From Paramoeba atlantica (taxonomy: Eukaryota > Protista > Discosea), in contig CDRNVI010000048.1 of assembly GCA_977017575.1 (NCBI GenBank), positions 62,001 to 126,000 on the forward strand: a DNA stretch of 64,000 nucleotides. Direction: 5' to 3'. A program made the translations under genes and the position numbers. The notes under the pieces were generated by a model, which was not told where the DNA came from, ran no database searches, and saw only the letters and a list, made by a program, of their open reading frames with translations. This document shows, one piece after another, positions 61,958 through 64,000 of the stretch (positions within the stretch are counted from its first letter, which is position 1; the number at the start of each line of letters is the position of its first letter).

Positions 61958-63302
61958 TAGGGTTGAAACCTGTGGTTTCAATGGAGGATAACATCATTGA
62001 GATGTGCGCACAGTGGATAACTACGCGCATTCGCCAACTCTCTGATCTGCTTTGGAATGCAGAATGCTTTCGGTGGAAATTTTGCAAGCGAGAATTGTAC
62101 CGCGGCACGGTGGTTATGTTAGATGCTGAGTAGAAGTTTGTAAACGAGTGGAAATCTAGGCCAGATTGTTTGTGTACATTTTTTAAGGATGATGCTAGAG
62201 ACAAAGAAGCAACAAAAGATTACCGCGACCGTATAAAGTGAGAACTTTACATTTCTGGGATCAGTAATGTAGGAAAGTGCCCAGCACATGCCAAGAAATC
62301 GGATGTAACATATACAAAGCTAACGAAAAGTGAAATTCTGAGGAAAAATGAAAAGTTGAAACTCATACACGATGAAGAACAAACTTCCAAGAGAAAGTTT
62401 CGCAAGTATTCCAATCAGATGGACAAGAAAATGTTTAATCAGAACGAATAATTTGGTGAAAGTGAAGCATTATTGCGCCAAAAAAATATTTTTCTCCAAT
62501 TTTCAAATATTGGTTTGAAACAAGTATGTTTTCTTTTAGAGTGTCAGATTATTAAAAATACAAACTTTTTTCACGGTTTATCACTATGAACTGCGCACAA
62601 TAACACAATTAATTAAGTTGTCTGCTGGAAGCCGAACCGTAACGCGCACTGATGGGTGGCGAGCGAGTCGCTCGCTGGGAAAAGACTTGCGGCATGAGAC
62701 AGTTAATCGTCGACGATCTTTGGTGCACACCAACACTGTTGAACGCATGAGTGAGATACTCAAGAAGGCAGTACGATCCCGTGGGAATGGGACCCTTGGG
62801 TGCTTTGATGAAGAAAGAAAAGATTGACCAAAGTTCAGCGGAGACGTCGTCAATGGTCTGAAGATCGGAAACAGCGAGGGAGATCCTTTAAAACAGCTGT
62901 GCGAAGATCTCTAATTAATGTGAAGACTCATCTTTTTAGAAGCGAAATCAAAAGAAATAAGTAGTAGCGGCCCATAAACGTAAAAAGATATCTGCATTTA
63001 TTTTTTTCAAAAAAGGCGCAATAATGCTTCACTTTGACCAAAAATTTATTCGTTCGTTATTATAATGTTATCAGAATCCGTGATACTATCCTCAGCGGTA
63101 AAAGAGTGGAGGAAGGCGGGTGTCCGCTAATTATTAGATAGGGTGATTTTTACTGAGAAAAAAGAATATCAGAATAATTTCAGTAAGGGCACGACGGAGG
63201 TCAAGTATTCTTCACTATTTCTGACTAAGTACTTTTCTTCACTACGTCAGAGTGGACTTCGCGGGTTTTGCCAGGTTTTGCCTTTCGTAGGTTTCAACCC
63301 TC
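61958..63302. mobile_element. TWA-TSD element 3 (PIF/Harbinger-like)
   Basis: TTA|TAGGGTTGAAACCT ... AGGTTTCAACCCTC|TTA; right end is the reverse complement of element 2's left end; left end lacks subterminal repeats. Confidence 0.6.
62540..62914 (+). pseudogene. Merlin (IS1595/ISXO2-like) transposase remnant
   Basis: GS..TDGWRA..LG..HETVN..HTNTVE..LKK; after one TGA the frame continues to GDPLKQLCEDL*. Confidence 0.75.
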
Positions 63303-63425
63303 TTAGTCAACTGAGGCAAGTCTAAAATAATTCGTAGTGGACACATCGTCCAAAGTTTATAATGATTAGAGGTCAAAGTTCTCATGGCCTCGAACAGGGG
63401 TCCGAATAACTTTATATAGTTTATA

Positions 63426-63924
63426 CAGTGGTTTCAGTTGATCTTGCCCCCCCCTCGGAATTTTGATTTTTTTGATCCGTTTTTGCTCATTGGAGTTTTT
63501 GCAGCATTGGAGAGATCTCATTCCCCTAGCGAAGAGCTTTGCCGCCTTTTTTTCATAGAGACCCCCTGGTGCCCCCTGGGTTCAAAAAGTACTGTTTTTA
63601 CGGAGTTTTTCTGTGTACACAACCATTTTTTGCCACATTTTCCCGATTTTCTGTGTATTTTGCACTTGTAAGTACGAGTGATAGCGTTCTAAATTGATAA
63701 TTTGAACGCTCTATGTCTAGTACCCTCTCTATTGCATAGTTCAATTTAGTCAACACCTCTACATTATGAAGATCAGACCCTCATACCCCAAACAGGGGGA
63801 GTACGTCGAACAAAGTAATGACAAAAGAGAAGACAACCCCACAATGTGTGCGACACAATTGAATTCGATCCCAAATAGACTTCGAAGCGTGTTGCAAAAC
63901 AATGGAAGCCATTCCGGACACTAG
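63426..63924 (+). mobile_element. Internally deleted Tc1-like element (left end + transposase C-terminus)
   Basis: TA|CAGTGGTTTCAG..CCCCCCCC resembles the 41380 TIR; SIPNRLRSVLQNNGSHSGH* at 63865-63924. Confidence 0.65.
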
Positions 63925-64000
63925 TTCTTTGCCTTCAGAGGTAACTTTTGGACATAAAATCCGTTTTTTGCTCTATTTTTCATAGGTAAAAAAATGTCAT

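Overview
Eukaryotic, intron-less DNA. All ~33 recognisable host genes lie on the minus strand in one unidirectional cluster, and at least two (checked in detail) have T-rich tracts ending in AG before the ATG. With trypanosomatid-like pyruvate kinase and ERD2 and a Perkinsela-type LRR family, this reads as a kinetoplastid polycistronic unit, probably Perkinsela-like (inference). Host genes include PK, DLST, ERD2, NOC2, ALG12, IWS1, Pol alpha subunit B, MTG1, TBCE-like, exosome RNase PH, two Sm-fold variants, a small Tim, an ATG27/M6PR-like protein, an MFS transporter and a >837-codon ORF at the left edge that the ORF track omits. The unexpected content is a rich set of mobile-element fossils in the intergenic gaps: hAT, Tc1, pogo, Merlin, RLE-type and CRE-like retroelements, TA-flanked MITEs, and a family with GAGGG(C/T)TGAAAC terminal inverted repeats (TIRs) and TAA/TTA 3-bp target-site duplications (TSDs), i.e. 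PIF/Harbinger-like. In-silico removal of two of these elements re-fuses three ORF-track fragments into one 263-aa hAT-like frame. Nearly all TE coding remnants are antisense to the host polycistron. Family assignments are by motif recognition only; no searches were run.
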